Positions 1-12,423 of a DNA stretch of 64,000 bases are shown here, piece after piece. How positions within the stretch are numbered: position 1 is the stretch's first letter; each line of letters starts with the position of its first letter. Origin of the DNA: Massalongia carnosa (lineage: Eukaryota). Where the stretch lies: NCBI GenBank assembly GCA_965645245.1, contig OZ287079.1, positions 1,798,001 through 1,862,000 on the forward strand, in the 5' to 3' direction. Made by a program: the position numbers and the translations under genes. The notes beneath the pieces are model-generated. The model made no database searches, was not told where the DNA came from, and saw only the letters and a program-made list of their open reading frames with translations.

Positions 1-929
1 GGAACGAAAGCAGTCACGCCCTGTAGGGTAGGTCGCTAATCTTAAAAGTTCAATCAGAATCCGATTAGGCTTCTAGCGGGGCCTAATTGAGTCATATCAA
101 CAAGGCTACCCGCTACCTCATACAGAACAGGCAACCTCAATCGAGGCAGGGTCTCTCGGTTAGGGTTTAGTCTTTTGACACCATTCAATTCAAATAGCGA
201 TCAGTAACCGAGTACAAACAGTATCGAGTACAGAGTAACGAGTACCGCATGACCGCAACTATTCGGGGCATGAGCCTGTAACCTAATTCACCTGTATTCG
301 GAACACCCGCTTATTCGGAACTAACAAAACCACGAAACTTACTTTCAATCATTATCTCTTCTACAACTTATTGAAGAAAATCCTGAAACTGATTTAATAA
401 GGCAAAGGATATTATAATTATTATAATAGCTGATTATCGATAAATTACATCGCTGAAATGGCTTCTTTCCGGCAGTTTCGAGTTACAAAATCGGGATTGC
501 GTATTATCTTGAAAGACGAGGTTACATCGGGAAATCGGGAGGACCCGCGAATTGGTCAAATGGTCGACTAATAGGCTACATTAGTCAATTAGCCGAAATG
601 TTCTAGGTACTGCCGATTGCGCCACACGTTTGACATGGGCGCTTGACGAATAGTCGAACATTTGACGTGTAAGTTGCTCTTTGACTATTGATTACCTTTA
701 CCTTTCTTTGTCCAATGATGATAATTGTTATATTGACTCTTTTGTGTTATTGTAAGCATTTGAATCCAATAATTTCATTAATTAACTTGTTGTTTTAGTA
801 ACGATTGTAACAAATCTTGCGTATGTCAGAATGCACTGCTTTTGTTTCCTTGTCGAGCGCTTGATGCTGCCAGATACGACAATAAAGACACACCAGTCGA
901 GTATATTATCAAGATTTGGTTTAAATAAT

Positions 930-3420
930 GTTATGTGAGTTCTCCCATATTGTCATCTGCTTGAGATTGCGCCCAGTTTCCACTTCGTATCATTACTCTA
1001 TGCACCTGTTCCACCCGATCCAAAAACGAACTATATGCTTCCTCAAAGCTCAATATGGCCTCGGACATGTTGGTACAGTATACCAGAACGACTCTCCATC
1101 TTTCATTCCCACAGCAGTCTGCCACTCCTTCCACGTTGCATCATACCTCATCCGAATCCGCCAGTCTTTCCCCATGCGTAAATCGTAATCTACCGCAACT
1201 TCTTAACTCGAATCTGTCGTCACGATTGCGTCTTGCGCGAGTGGAGTTGGAGTTGACGATATCTTGTCGTTAATCTGTTTCCAACGCAATTGTTAGACTA
1301 ACAGATATTCTACAAACAAAGCGAATACTTACGAAGGATGAAATTGATGCGCTGTGCTTTAATTGTGAGGGTCCACGTTGCGAAGAATTCTAGGAGAGAT
1401 GTTAATACCACGTTAGAACGCGGTTAACAAGATTGCATACCTCGTGGCTCGTCAACTGCGGCGGTCTAGGTGAAGAGGTTTCCTTCTATTGTTGTTACTG
1501 ATAATTCCAAAGCATAATATCAATCAAGACATACCGAAAAACCCGAATCCACCTCCTCGCAACGAACGATCGAAGTTCTACACGAAGATGTCAAGGAAGA
1601 AAGCCGCGCTGTCGACCTGACCGACTTTGTCATTTCATCTCCTGCATCAAGATCTACAAGATCGTCAATAGAAATGGCAAATGGATTGTGGACAGCTTTT
1701 GTGACCGCCGAAAAGTCCCCATCTCTTTGTCCAGTCTGACGCAAAACCCGCCGATGAATGATTCTTTGTAATAACATCTTTCTCTCCAAGGACTATTGAT
1801 TTCAGGTTTTCGTCATTCGAGTATGGATTGCTTTTCAGTTATTAATGCCTCAACTCAGCAAAGATTATATTGATACAAACTTACTCTCTCGCTGTGACCC
1901 ATCAAAAGCCTGTACCTTTTTATGCCCGTATTCATACTCTCCAATGCATGTTGAATCAGAGTTGCTATCAATACGATCACTTCTCCTCGAAGTGGATTGA
2001 ACAAATGCGCAGTGTCGGTATTGCGTCCATAACTGCAGTCATTGTCGTTATTGAAGAATATCAGAGTAATTGCCTTTATCAAGATAGGCCCGAGAAACTG
2101 CTTTTTCGGAGCCTACTCGCGAGTTAGTTAAACTTTATATCAAGATAACTAGGACATATTAACCGTTGATAAATCTTTGCACAGAAAATGAAGATCGTCT
2201 AGCAAAGTGGACAGGAATAGTCGACAGTCGCTCTGAACTGAGAACGGGTATTCGTTAGCCACAAGCAATCTCACTTTGCTCAACATTTGAGAGCGAAAAT
2301 CTGTTGTCGAATCATAAATCTAGTCTCAGATTAGTTTTTATATGTACAAATCCGTTGTAAGCAAGACCTCACCTACCCTGCGAGCCTCTTTGGCGGTGGG
2401 AAGCTCTGCTACGTCGACGTTAGGAAGGTCACCGATACACTTCGCAAGCTCCTGCCAAGTACGACTCATTAATTTGCTCAATCGAGGCTTCTGTGTGTTC
2501 GCCCAAGGCAAACATAATTCAACCGCGTGTCCGGACGTTATCAGAGCGTTGAAAAAAGGAATCATGGCACGTAGTATTAGTTGATGAGCAGGGCTAGAGT
2601 TGAACTTGGTTCGCCTTGATATGTCACCCCAGAGTAAACGATAAGTATCTATTTTTTTTTGATTTCGGAGACTGTCTCGTCCTCCGTTATGCCAGCCCTT
2701 GTGCCGGAAGTAGACTTGATCGGGAGGACCTTTGAGATCTCGAGAGTTTGCGAGGAGAGTGTCGCAGGCAAACCCCGACGAGTGCGTATTTGTGAAGGCG
2801 ACAAGATATTATCCAGCGCGCGGGAAGGGTTTCTCGGTGGAGACGAGGGGAACGTTTCCCTTCGTAAGGAGCTCCTTCGAGATGGAGAACTTGAGCTGTA
2901 TTGAATACCGCGGCCTGCGCCGGCCCGTAATGTCCTCGCCACATACTTAGTTATCGGCGTTTTCTGTTCTAAGTCAGAACCCAATACATGCATTCATGAC
3001 TGTACTATTTACACTCGGCTGGAAACTCGCATCGCTTGAGTCGTTGCCAGTACTAGATTCAGCCAACTCGTCCACACAAGACAGGCGATGTGAGCGTTTG
3101 TTGTCTCCGTAAGTGTTATTTCCATCAAATTGTGCACGAGAGCGTTTTAGTTGTGTCAATGTAGGCAAGTCTTCCTCGGAAGGCGAATCATCAAAATCCT
3201 GAGAGTTCTCGAAGGAAAAGCAAAGTCAGCCGATACGCGTTGGTTTCTGTACATCCTGGGGAGGTTCGTACCATTGTGATTCTTTGTGGGTTGTTGATAG
3301 TGGTTGCCTTTGATGTTGACATAGTGAAAAAAAGAAGCAACAAGGAATATGCAATAGTTACCTGTGGATTTGGGAAACGAGCAAAGTAGAAGAGATCGAC
3401 GCGAAAAGTAAAATGATCCC
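930..3420 (-). pseudogene. Degenerate multi-exon gene of unknown function (possibly TE-associated)
   Basis: Chain of minus-strand ORF fragments (2338-2565, 1855-2082, 1520-1789, 931-1134) with minus-strand GTAAGT/GTATGT/GTATGC donor-like sites near 1884, 1534, 1440 and 1331; no domain recognised with confidence. Confidence 0.3.
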
Positions 3421-3476
3421 AAATCTAGCGTGTTTGGATCGTTGACTTTGTTATGATATACTAGTACTAACGGTTC

Positions 3477-3550
3477 CTGTTAGATTAAAACAGCCCCTGT
3501 TAGATCAAGAAAACTCTGTTAGATCAAGAAAATCCTGTTAACTGTTAGAT
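3477..3550 (+). repeat. Short degenerate tandem repeat with CTGTTAGAT core, ~20-bp period
   Basis: ctgttagat-taaaa / ctgttagat-caagaaaa (x2) / ctgtta / ctgttagat. Confidence 0.6.
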
Positions 3551-4269
3551 TAGGGTTAGTTGATGTTAGCTTACCGTAGATCATCTCTGTAAAAGGTTCA
3601 GTATGTCAAACCTCACATATTATGATATCCGTTAACCTGTAACAATAGATAGCAGGTATCATGGAAGCGGCAACGAGTCCGTGGCACTTCAGACCTGAAG
3701 CGTTGAAAACGGCGGACATAGCAGAGGACAACAGTGTTCTTTGCGGAAACGATAGTACTGAATATAGTAAGCACCCCCGAAAAGCCTAATTCCTGCCCCA
3801 GACCTGCTCATCGACGCTCCGCAACGGCCCTTCGCCACATTCTTCGTGAACTGAATGTTCACCTCTTATACCACCTTTTGAACATCATCTAGACCATCTT
3901 TCGTCAACCATTTATCTACCATCCAGATCACCACCCAGATTACCTTTTGACCACCATCCAGACCACCGTCCATACCACCTTTTGACTATCATCCAAACCA
4001 CCTCTTGTCCACTATCGATACGATCATCCATATTATCTTTGACCACCGTCAATACGAAGGATGCTGTGGCATGTGTAATCTATATCCCGATGAACAAATC
4101 AGGTAGTGGACTCTATTTGTCAGGTTAATATAACCAACCGAGTCCATTTGTATTGCGGCCGACAGTGCCCCCCCATCGCACATCCCATATATCTAGACCT
4201 TCATGTGCTCTTGAATCCTTTAGACTCGATGGATTGGGTGTTTAGTTTATGTTTGGGATTATAACGTAA

Positions 4270-4439
4270 TGTAACGGTTCGACCATGCGTGGTCTCGACA
4301 GCAGGACCTACAGCGAACATAGCAGGAGTCCCAGTTATAGTAGAATAGAGCTTGGTCTGCGGACTAAGTATTGTGCCTTTTGGTCGGGAGGACAGGTGGC
4401 GCAATGGTAGAAATATATTCACTATCTCGCTTCGTCACA
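4270..4439 (+). mobile_element. Solo LTR, family A (170 bp)
   Basis: TGTAAC...GTCACA; 5-bp TSD CGTAA (4265-4269 / 4440-4444); near-identical copy at 49672-49841. Confidence 0.9.
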
Positions 4440-5110
4440 CGTAACCTGTTGTGTTATGTTAGGATTAAAGAGAATTGGTTTCCTAAACGCATGCGCTTTT
4501 TGACAGGATAAGGAAGGGCTTCTGTCTAAGAGGGACTGTTGTTCTAGAACAGATGAGCTTAATATGTCGTCGCGGTAGTAGTTGGTCTTCTAAGATTTGG
4601 GCTCTGTTGGCATTAAGCAGGCTTTCTCGTCATCAAGTAACAGATAATCATCAATTCAAAGACTAATGAGAATCACAACCACGTAATGATATAGAATACT
4701 GTTGATCTTCGAGAACTGAATGTGCGTAACATTATCTTCGATGAGACATGCAAGGTGGGTTGCGCATTATAAAGATATGTTATACGCAAGATACAAAAGC
4801 TGCAACGAAGTCAATGTATGACGATGCGACATGTAAAGAGAGCAGCTGAACAACCAAAATTACTCTGCGACGGATAAAGAGGACGTAAAGATAGGATAGA
4901 GTGGATAATATACGACTGAATTGTTAAAAGGTCAAGGTACAGAGAATAATAAAGCTTATCGAGACGAGAAGTAAAGACAGAGCGACGATTATTTGTTGAG
5001 ATGCCAATAGATAAAGGCAACTGACTAAAGGTTGACGAATAAAGACTAAAGAAAGCAAAAAGTCGAATATTTAATTAAGATCTATTAGTCATCTCCCGAT
5101 TTCCCGATGT

Positions 5111-5288
5111 TGTCAGTCCTAGCCTGACATAAGGCTGAGATGGAAAGGGGGATCACGGGAGCACGCGAGGCTAGCGCGACACTCGGTGCAGATATTTCTA
5201 GCGAGTCGCGCACAATGATTCTTTTCTTCTTTGTAGATAAATTTTGGTTTAATAGCGGTTGATTAGAATCGACAACAGCTTCCTTACA
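5111..5288 (+). repeat. 5' LTR of Gypsy copy 1
   Basis: TGTCAG...CTTACA; matches 21145-21522 once the nested 193-bp LTR is removed. Confidence 0.88.
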
Positions 5289-5501
5289 CAATTTATCTAC
5301 CTATCTATTGGTATTCTTTCTTCCAGAACTTCCAGTAGGGACGAGGTCCCATTCCAGCAACTTTCTTCCAGATAGGGTGAAAACCCGTTCCAGTAACTTT
5401 CCAAACTGATCGTTTGTGCGAATCCAAACCGATACAAATTCCAGAACTTCCAGAACTTTTAGAATCCGGGAATCAAGCTTTCCCATTTTCAGAATCCAGT
5501 C

Positions 5502-7148
5502 ATGAGCTCAAAAACGCCCATGACGGCTAGAAAGGCCGTAGCCCCTCCCGCAGAGGCCCAGACCGGCCTAGCATTTAACACCCGCGCTCGTTCCGTCTCC
5601 CGTCATTCGTCTCGCTCGGATAGCAGCATGCCGGGAACGTTTGAAGACTCCGAATTACCTCGGAACGAACAGATTAAAGAAACCACGGAGGGGACGTGGG
5701 AAAAAACCCCAAGAGCAGGACGTGAAAAAGAAAAGGAGTATTTTCAGAAGATCGATGTCTCCGATCATCCATATTACGAGAAGAATGCCGCAGAACATCC
5801 GTCCCACGTTGCAGCACACAATTTGAAGGATTTGCAGAGCATCTTGCGAGACGAGAAAGAAGGACCCCGATGGTATGACTTCCTCGCGAGAGCGCTCGAA
5901 TACGACAAGACCCTATTCAACAAATACATCTCCTTGTAGGGCGACCTGGAGAAGCTTGGCGAGGCCATAAAGATCAACAGACGTTACAAACAAGTACATG
6001 AACGTCTCATCACGGAAAAAGACGATGCCGAACGAGAGGCCCTTCTCGCGCAAGAAGAACTATCGCATAGAGATATCGAATTGGAGGCAATGACTATAGC
6101 AGAAGAGAGATTACAGAAAGACATAGACTCCCTGGTCCGCCAGTTAGCGGAAAAACGGGAAATACCACGTCATCAACGAGAAGATACCGTTACTACCCGA
6201 AGCACCAACGCCAACCCCCAGAATTGGCGACCCCGTGGTATAAACCCTAGCAAGCCACTTAAAGTTGAGGACTCGGAGGAGTATAGCCCTTGGGCGTACT
6301 CCGTCCGCAATAAACTGAAGACAGACGCACCTCTCTACGCCGATGAGAACGAAAAGGTCGGTTACGCGCTGTCTCAAATGGAAGCGCCGATCTTCGGGGC
6401 TATGCACTCTTGGATAGCGGATATGGGAGACTCACTATCGGCCGACGCTTTATTCGAAGAGATAGAGCACTATATGGGCATTCACCTCCAGAGCCGCGAC
6501 GCCAAGAAAGAACTCCTCACCGTCACCATGAAAGGGGGCGAAAGCGTCAGCGAGCATTATCACCGAATCTTCAAGCTATGGCAGAAAGCCAAAACTCCCG
6601 TTGACGAGTGAATTGAGAAGTTCCTCGTGACGTTAAAGCCTAGCATCTCCAACTCTCTTATGGGTTCAGTCTTTACTGATTTCCGCCCTTTACTTGACGA
6701 AGCACGAAGAATCGAAGACCGCCGCAAAGATGTGGCGCACCACTTTCCTCGTCCCGATAAACCAGCCGCAACGAAGAACTCCAGCCAACGAAGCAACTTC
6801 TCCGGCGGAAAATCCTCAACCCAGTCCTCCTGCGGAAAGCCCGCCTCATCCTCCATCAATCAAACCAGCTCCAAGAAATCTGATGATCGGCCGAATGCGA
6901 AGCTGATGCCAACGATAGTCAAACCGGCCGGTTGGGTAGGCACCTGGTATGATCCAGACCCAAACCCAAAGAAGCTGAAGGACGACGAGCGCGAGTTCCT
7001 CTCCCGTCAACGCCGATGCTGGGCATGCAGGGGATCAGGACATCGAGGAAACGATACCATTTGTCCTCAATACAGGGACAAGAACCTGAGCCCCATGAGG
7101 ACAGTAGAAACAGATTCGGGAGCGGAATCTGAGGCGGGAAAAGCCTAG
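5502..7148 (+). pseudogene. gag: Gypsy gag with premature stops and zinc knuckle
   Basis: ORF pieces 5502-5939, 6081-6611 and 6627-7148 in one frame; CWACRGSGHRGNDTIC knuckle. Confidence 0.85.
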
Positions 7149-7222
7149 TCCTTGATCGAAATCGCGATCAAGGGCTTACAAACAAGGAGGTTGTTAATGG
7201 GAACGGTGACACTGAAACGAAA

Positions 7223-10200
7223 ATGGTTAGGGTCTCTACTTGTGCTGTCCGCGATACTGAAAAGAAAATCGAGGGCAAGCATTTAGTTTTAAAAACTAGC
7301 ATAGCTGGAGTTAAAACCCGTTTACTTATCGATAATGGAAGTGAAGCTGAACTCATTGACGAATCCTTTGTGCGTAAACACAAATTGAACACCTTCAAAT
7401 TGGATAAGAAGGTGAAACTTACTTTGGGAAATGGAGAGGTAGTACAGCTCCTCTCGAAGGCCGCCTTGATCGAAGTGAAAATCGGAGATCACGAAGAGCA
7501 AGTCTTATGTTATTTGGCAAAACTAGAAGCGTATGCAGTCATTTTAGGGGATGGATGGCTGCAAACGCACAACCCAATGATCAATTGAAAAGAGAGAACG
7601 ATGAAGTTCAACTCATCAGATTGTCTTGAAAAAGGATGTCTTACACGAGGGATAAATTGCACCGAATTCGCTGTGGGAAGCAAGGTTAAGAATAGGATCG
7701 AGCCTAACGAAGACATCGAAGTTCTTCCAGTCAACGCAAAACACTTCTTTCGAATGGCCAGAAAGTAGGATCACGACGGCTATCTATGGATTCCTCGAGA
7801 AACAAAGAAGGCCTTCTGCGCAACTACCACCGGAGCAGTGACATCAGGAGATTACGACAAGTTCATGAAGGGAAAACCGGAATACACCCGAGAGGAGTTG
7901 TTGAAGAGAGTCCCAGCAGCTTATCACAGCGTAATAGATGTTTTCATGAAGCATAAGGCGGATGAACTGCCTGAACACTGGAAGGAGGATCATCAGATAA
8001 ATCTCGAAGCGGGAAAAGAAGCTCCATACGTAAGGAACTATAAACCCATGTCAGAACAAGAATTGGACGCGGTTAAGAAATACATCGACGAGCATCTGGG
8101 AAAAGGCTTCATCCGTCCAAGTTCGTCAAGCGCAGCAGCCCCCGTTCTTTTAGTTAGAAAACCAGGGGGTGGTTTAAGATTTTGCGTAGATTATAGAGCC
8201 TTAAACTCCATCACGATCAAGAACAGGTACCCAATACCGTTGATAAATGAAACGTTGGGAAAACTATCACAAGCCAAGAAGTTCACAAAACTGGATGTGA
8301 TTACCGCTTTCAATCGTATGAGAATGAAGGAAGGCCACGAATGGCTCACGGCTTTCAATACCAGATATGGTCAGTTCGAATATCTGGTAATGCCATTCGG
8401 TCTCTGCAACGCTCCGGGAACCTTTCAGAGCTTCATTAACGATACAGTCAGAGAATACTTAGACGTCTTCTGCACTGCGTACTTGGACGATGTCCTAATT
8501 TATAGCGAAAAGGAAGAAGAGCATTCCGAACAAGTGTTAAAGTTCTAACTCGATTGAAGGAGAAAGGACTGCAAGTGGACATAGACAAATGCGAATTCTC
8601 TGTGACGGAAGTAAATTATCTTGGATTGATAGTTACCACCGATGGAATAAAGATGGACTCGGAGAAAAGCGAAGCGATTCTGAAATGGGAGACCCCAGCC
8701 TCTGTAAAAGACGTGCAAGCATTTTTAGGCTTTGCGAATTTTTATCGACGATTTATATCGAGATTTTCGCAACGGACGAGATCGTTAACAGAATTAACAA
8801 AGGGCGAACAAATAAAGACGAAATCAGGAAAGAAACGAACCAAGTATAATTCGTTCGTCTGGTCTGAAGATTGTCAAAAGGCCTTCGAAGATTTAAAAAT
8901 TGCGTTCACCACCGCTCCCGTCTTAGCACATTACGATCCGGCCCTGGAAACATGGGTCGAGACTGACTCTTCAGATTTCGTCAGCGCCGGAGTACTCTCT
9001 CAAATGCACGATGGAGTACTGAAACCGGTAGCCTATTTTTCCAAGAAGATGACCCCTGCCGAGTGTAATTATATGATTTATGATAAGGAACTCCTCGCTA
9101 TTGTAAAGAGCTTCGAAGTCTGGCGCCCCGAGGTTGCAAGTGCTGCTCCTGATAAACCTGTTAAAGTATACACCGATCACAAGAATTTAGAGCACTTCAT
9201 GACCACGAAGCAGCTAAACAGAAGGCTAGCCAGATGGGCCGAATTTCTTTACGAATTTAATTTCAAGATTATGTATCGACCGGGAAAGCAAGGAGAGAAA
9301 CCGGATACGCTTACTCGACGCTCTCAAGATCTCCCGAAAGGATTCGAAGATATCAGAGAGCAACATTAGTTTCAAATGCTGCTTCAAGAGCATCAACTAG
9401 ATGACGATGTACGAAAAGCGTTAGCAGTCGTGTTCTGCGCAAACACAGCGGACGACGACGACGACGACGATAACAATCAAAATAACCAAAGCGAATTCAT
9501 CGAGGAAGACACAACAGGATTGGAGGAACCCAACGCAGAACCTACATCAGTGATCGACGAGACCGAGAGCTCAGTAACGAAGACTTTGGAGGAACTAATT
9601 GAAGAAGCTTACGAAAAAGACGAAACAGTTCAAGACATAGTAGCAGCAAAGAGGAAGGAACTGAGGAAACTCCCATTGAACCTCATAAAAAGAGGAATAA
9701 AGCTAGCAATGGGGGACCTCAAACTAGAAAACGAAAAGCTGTATGTCAAAGGAAGACTATACGTACCAGATTACGAGCCATTGCAGCTACATTTACTGAA
9801 AAAGCATCACGAACCACCATTACAGGGCCATCCGGGATACAAAAGTATGTATCAGATAATGGGAGAAAATTATTTCTGGTTTGAAATGAAGGTTCACTGC
9901 AAGAGATACGCAGTTAACTGCTCCATATGCCGAAGATCAAAAGCATACAATGACAAGAAGCAACGCCTGCTGAATCCTCTTCCCATTCCAAATAGAAAAT
10001 GGATGTACGTGTCATTGGACTTCGTCGAATTCCTTCCAGAATGCCGAAGACGAAACAGAGTCTATCAACACATACTAGTGATAGTAGATCGTTTAACGAA
10101 AAGACGATTATACGAACCACTAAACCTCTCTCTCTACTGATGAACTGATGGATGCGATGTCCAGTAGATTATTCTCCTCTTACGGATTTCCTATATCAAC

Positions 10201-11110
10201 AGTCAACGATCGCGGCAGTCAACTAACCGCTCACTTATGGAAAAGAGTTTGCGAAAGATACGGGGTGAGAATCAAATTCTCATCTGCAAATCATCCCGAA
10301 ACAGACGGTCAAACCGAAAACGCCAACAGGATAATGAAAAATTATCTCCGAGCATACGTCAATTACACACAAGACAACTGGGTGGATTATCTTTCAGACG
10401 CAGAGTTTGCCGCCAACAATCATGTAAATGTATCAACGGGAATGACTCCATTCTTCGCAGACCATGGCTTCCACCCACGCTGTGGCATCGAACCACCAGG
10501 CACATACGAAGGGAAAGGAAAAGTAGAGATACTGCATGCTGACAAAATCATAGAACGGCAAGAAGCCATGCGAACCTAGCTCCGAGATCAATTAACCTAG
10601 GCTCAGGAAGAACAAACACGACACGCAAACAAAGGCCGTCAACCTCACCCCGAATACAAAATCGGGGAGATGGTTTATGTAAACGCCAAGCACTTTGCTT
10701 CAGAAAGACCCAGCAGATCATTAAGCTTCAAGAACATAGGAAGATAATAAGAATTATCGACAATAAAGCATACGAATTAGAGATCCCGGATCAGTTAAAG
10801 AACGTCGGGCTTACCCCCATCTTTCATCCGTGGAAGCTACATCTCGCACCTTCCAACCCATTCCCAGGACAAGTCTTACCGCCTGGACCGCCCATAGCCA
10901 TAACCGAAAACGACGAAGAGGAGGCCCACGAAGAATGGGAAGTCCTCGAAATAATAGACTGCCGCGAAACAAGAAAGTTCGGCGTGCAGTACAAAGCAAC
11001 CTTCATTGGAAATTGGGATGAATGGAACGCGAACCCTTACTGGCAAGCATGGACCGACTTCAAGAATTCAAAGGATAAAATCCTCCAATACCATCGAGAA
11101 CATCCATAGA
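7223..11110 (+). pseudogene. pol: Gypsy pol (protease, RT, RNase H, integrase, chromodomain) with stops and frameshifts
   Basis: LIDNGS protease; [11 protein letters not shown] and YLDD RT; ETDSSD...YDKELLAI RNase H; HHCC and DRG...ETDGQTE integrase; EEWEVLEIIDCR chromodomain near 10930. Confidence 0.92.
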
Positions 11111-11391
11111 AACCCAAACCACCAGATGATCAAACAAAAATAGATGACAATCAAGAATCAGGCTAGCTGGCAGGGCGCCTGGCTTCGGAGACCTCGCCAA
11201 TAGAAGGGGCTAGTTCATGTGACCTCGTATTGCTTCTATTTCTAAGATTGGCGGAAACACAGCGATCTGCACCTCGCTGGCGCCGTCACTCTCGCCGGCG
11301 CCTCTACCTAGCGCCCCCTTTCGGGCCTTGGTGCAGATCGCGGTGGATACTCCCAAGCCCAAGATGGAAACGGCTCGCGCGGCGATGCTGT

Positions 11392-12423
11392 TTAGGAGGC
11401 TGAGGGAGGGTGTTGAAACCGGCGTGAGGTGGCTAAGATGTGGGATTGATGCGTTTGGATATAAAGCTTGTAGGAGTCTGACTTCCACCGGCCTAGTAAT
11501 TGAATGTCGTTCTCGCTAAGACCGGCTTCCTTGGCCGACGTCGCTGCACCTCTTCGGAAAGAGTGACCTGAATAATTACCTGTTATGCCTAAGCTCTTAA
11601 GCCCTGATCGCATCGCGGTGGTCAAATATTCGCGTGTGAAAGCCTTTTGTTTATAGAATAAAGGGGAGGTTGCAGGTAGTGGAAACCGGGTGATCAAATT
11701 ACGAAGGGATTTTACCGCGCAGGCCTCGTCCCCTGATGCGGCTATCGTTAGCGTAATGCCTCGACGAAAGGGGTCGGTTTTGGACGCCGGCAAGGAGAGG
11801 AACAGCTTATCTGCTTCTAAGTGGACGGATTTCCTAGTTAAATGCCATGATTCGAAGCTTGGGTCTGTTAGGTCTCTGATAGTGTACGTAAATTCGCCTG
11901 CGCGAAGAAATCCTGCGAATGCTAGACAGTATGCTGCGTGTAGAGTGGCCTGCGCGTTGTCGGCTAAGTCCAATCGTTTCACTAAACGAAGGAGTATGAT
12001 TTTCGTAATGGGCATTCGCTCTTTCTTGTCGGCTTCGCCATTCTTTCGCTTTATGCCGGCAATGATTCTATTTAGTACGGGATGGTGAAACGTTTCTAGA
12101 TCCTCAAAGCCCGTGTCGATTTGGCTGGACCGAACTCCGGCTAGATAGGTCTTGATGGTTTTGGGCTGTATTTTGTGTTCTCCTAGCATCGCTATCCAAG
12201 ATGACAAGGTCTGTATGGTTGCCGGAAATGGAGTCGCGTTCATTGATATTCTGCAGTATGTTACAAAGCTTCTTCTCCCTGTGTCATACAGACTGCGGGT
12301 TTTGACTGCCAAGCCCCACCACAGGTATCTAGCTGCTGGTCGGGATAGAGGTATTTTGCTATACCAGCTTTTGGGAGGGTCGCGTGCTAGGATTTGAGTA
12401 GAAGTTCCTGTAAATTGGGCCAT
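11392..12423 (-). CDS. Tyrosine recombinase of the YR retrotransposon (343 aa, intact)
   Basis: Catalytic motifs FLRAGE, SKTD, GHSFRRG, LGRWKSDSYKLY. Confidence 0.93.
   Translation of the reverse strand: MAQFTGTSTQILARDPPKSWYSKIPLSRPAARYLWWGLAVKTRSLYDTGRRSFVTYCRISMNATPFPATIQTLSSWIAMLGEHKIQPKTIKTYLAGVRSSQIDTGFEDLETFHHPVLNRIIAGIKRKNGEADKKERMPITKIILLRLVKRLDLADNAQATLHAAYCLAFAGFLRAGEFTYTIRDLTDPSFESWHLTRKSVHLEADKLFLSLPASKTDPFRRGITLTIAASGDEACAVKSLRNLITRFPLPATSPLFYKQKAFTREYLTTAMRSGLKSLGITGNYSGHSFRRGAATSAKEAGLSENDIQLLGRWKSDSYKLYIQTHQSHILATSRRFQHPPSAS

Noticed and set aside
4451..5107. Possible further LTR relics (also 1-280 and 39100-39438)
   Set aside because: Only one TG or CA terminus visible, with no TSD or second copy to support boundaries
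11210..11392. Hammerhead ribozyme in the YR 3' tail
   Set aside because: No CUGANGA core on either strand
11392..12423. Tyrosine recombinase as a Starship captain, Crypton or phage integrase
   Set aside because: It overlaps a DIRS-type RT/RNase H ORF and follows a gag, so it belongs to a YR retrotransposon
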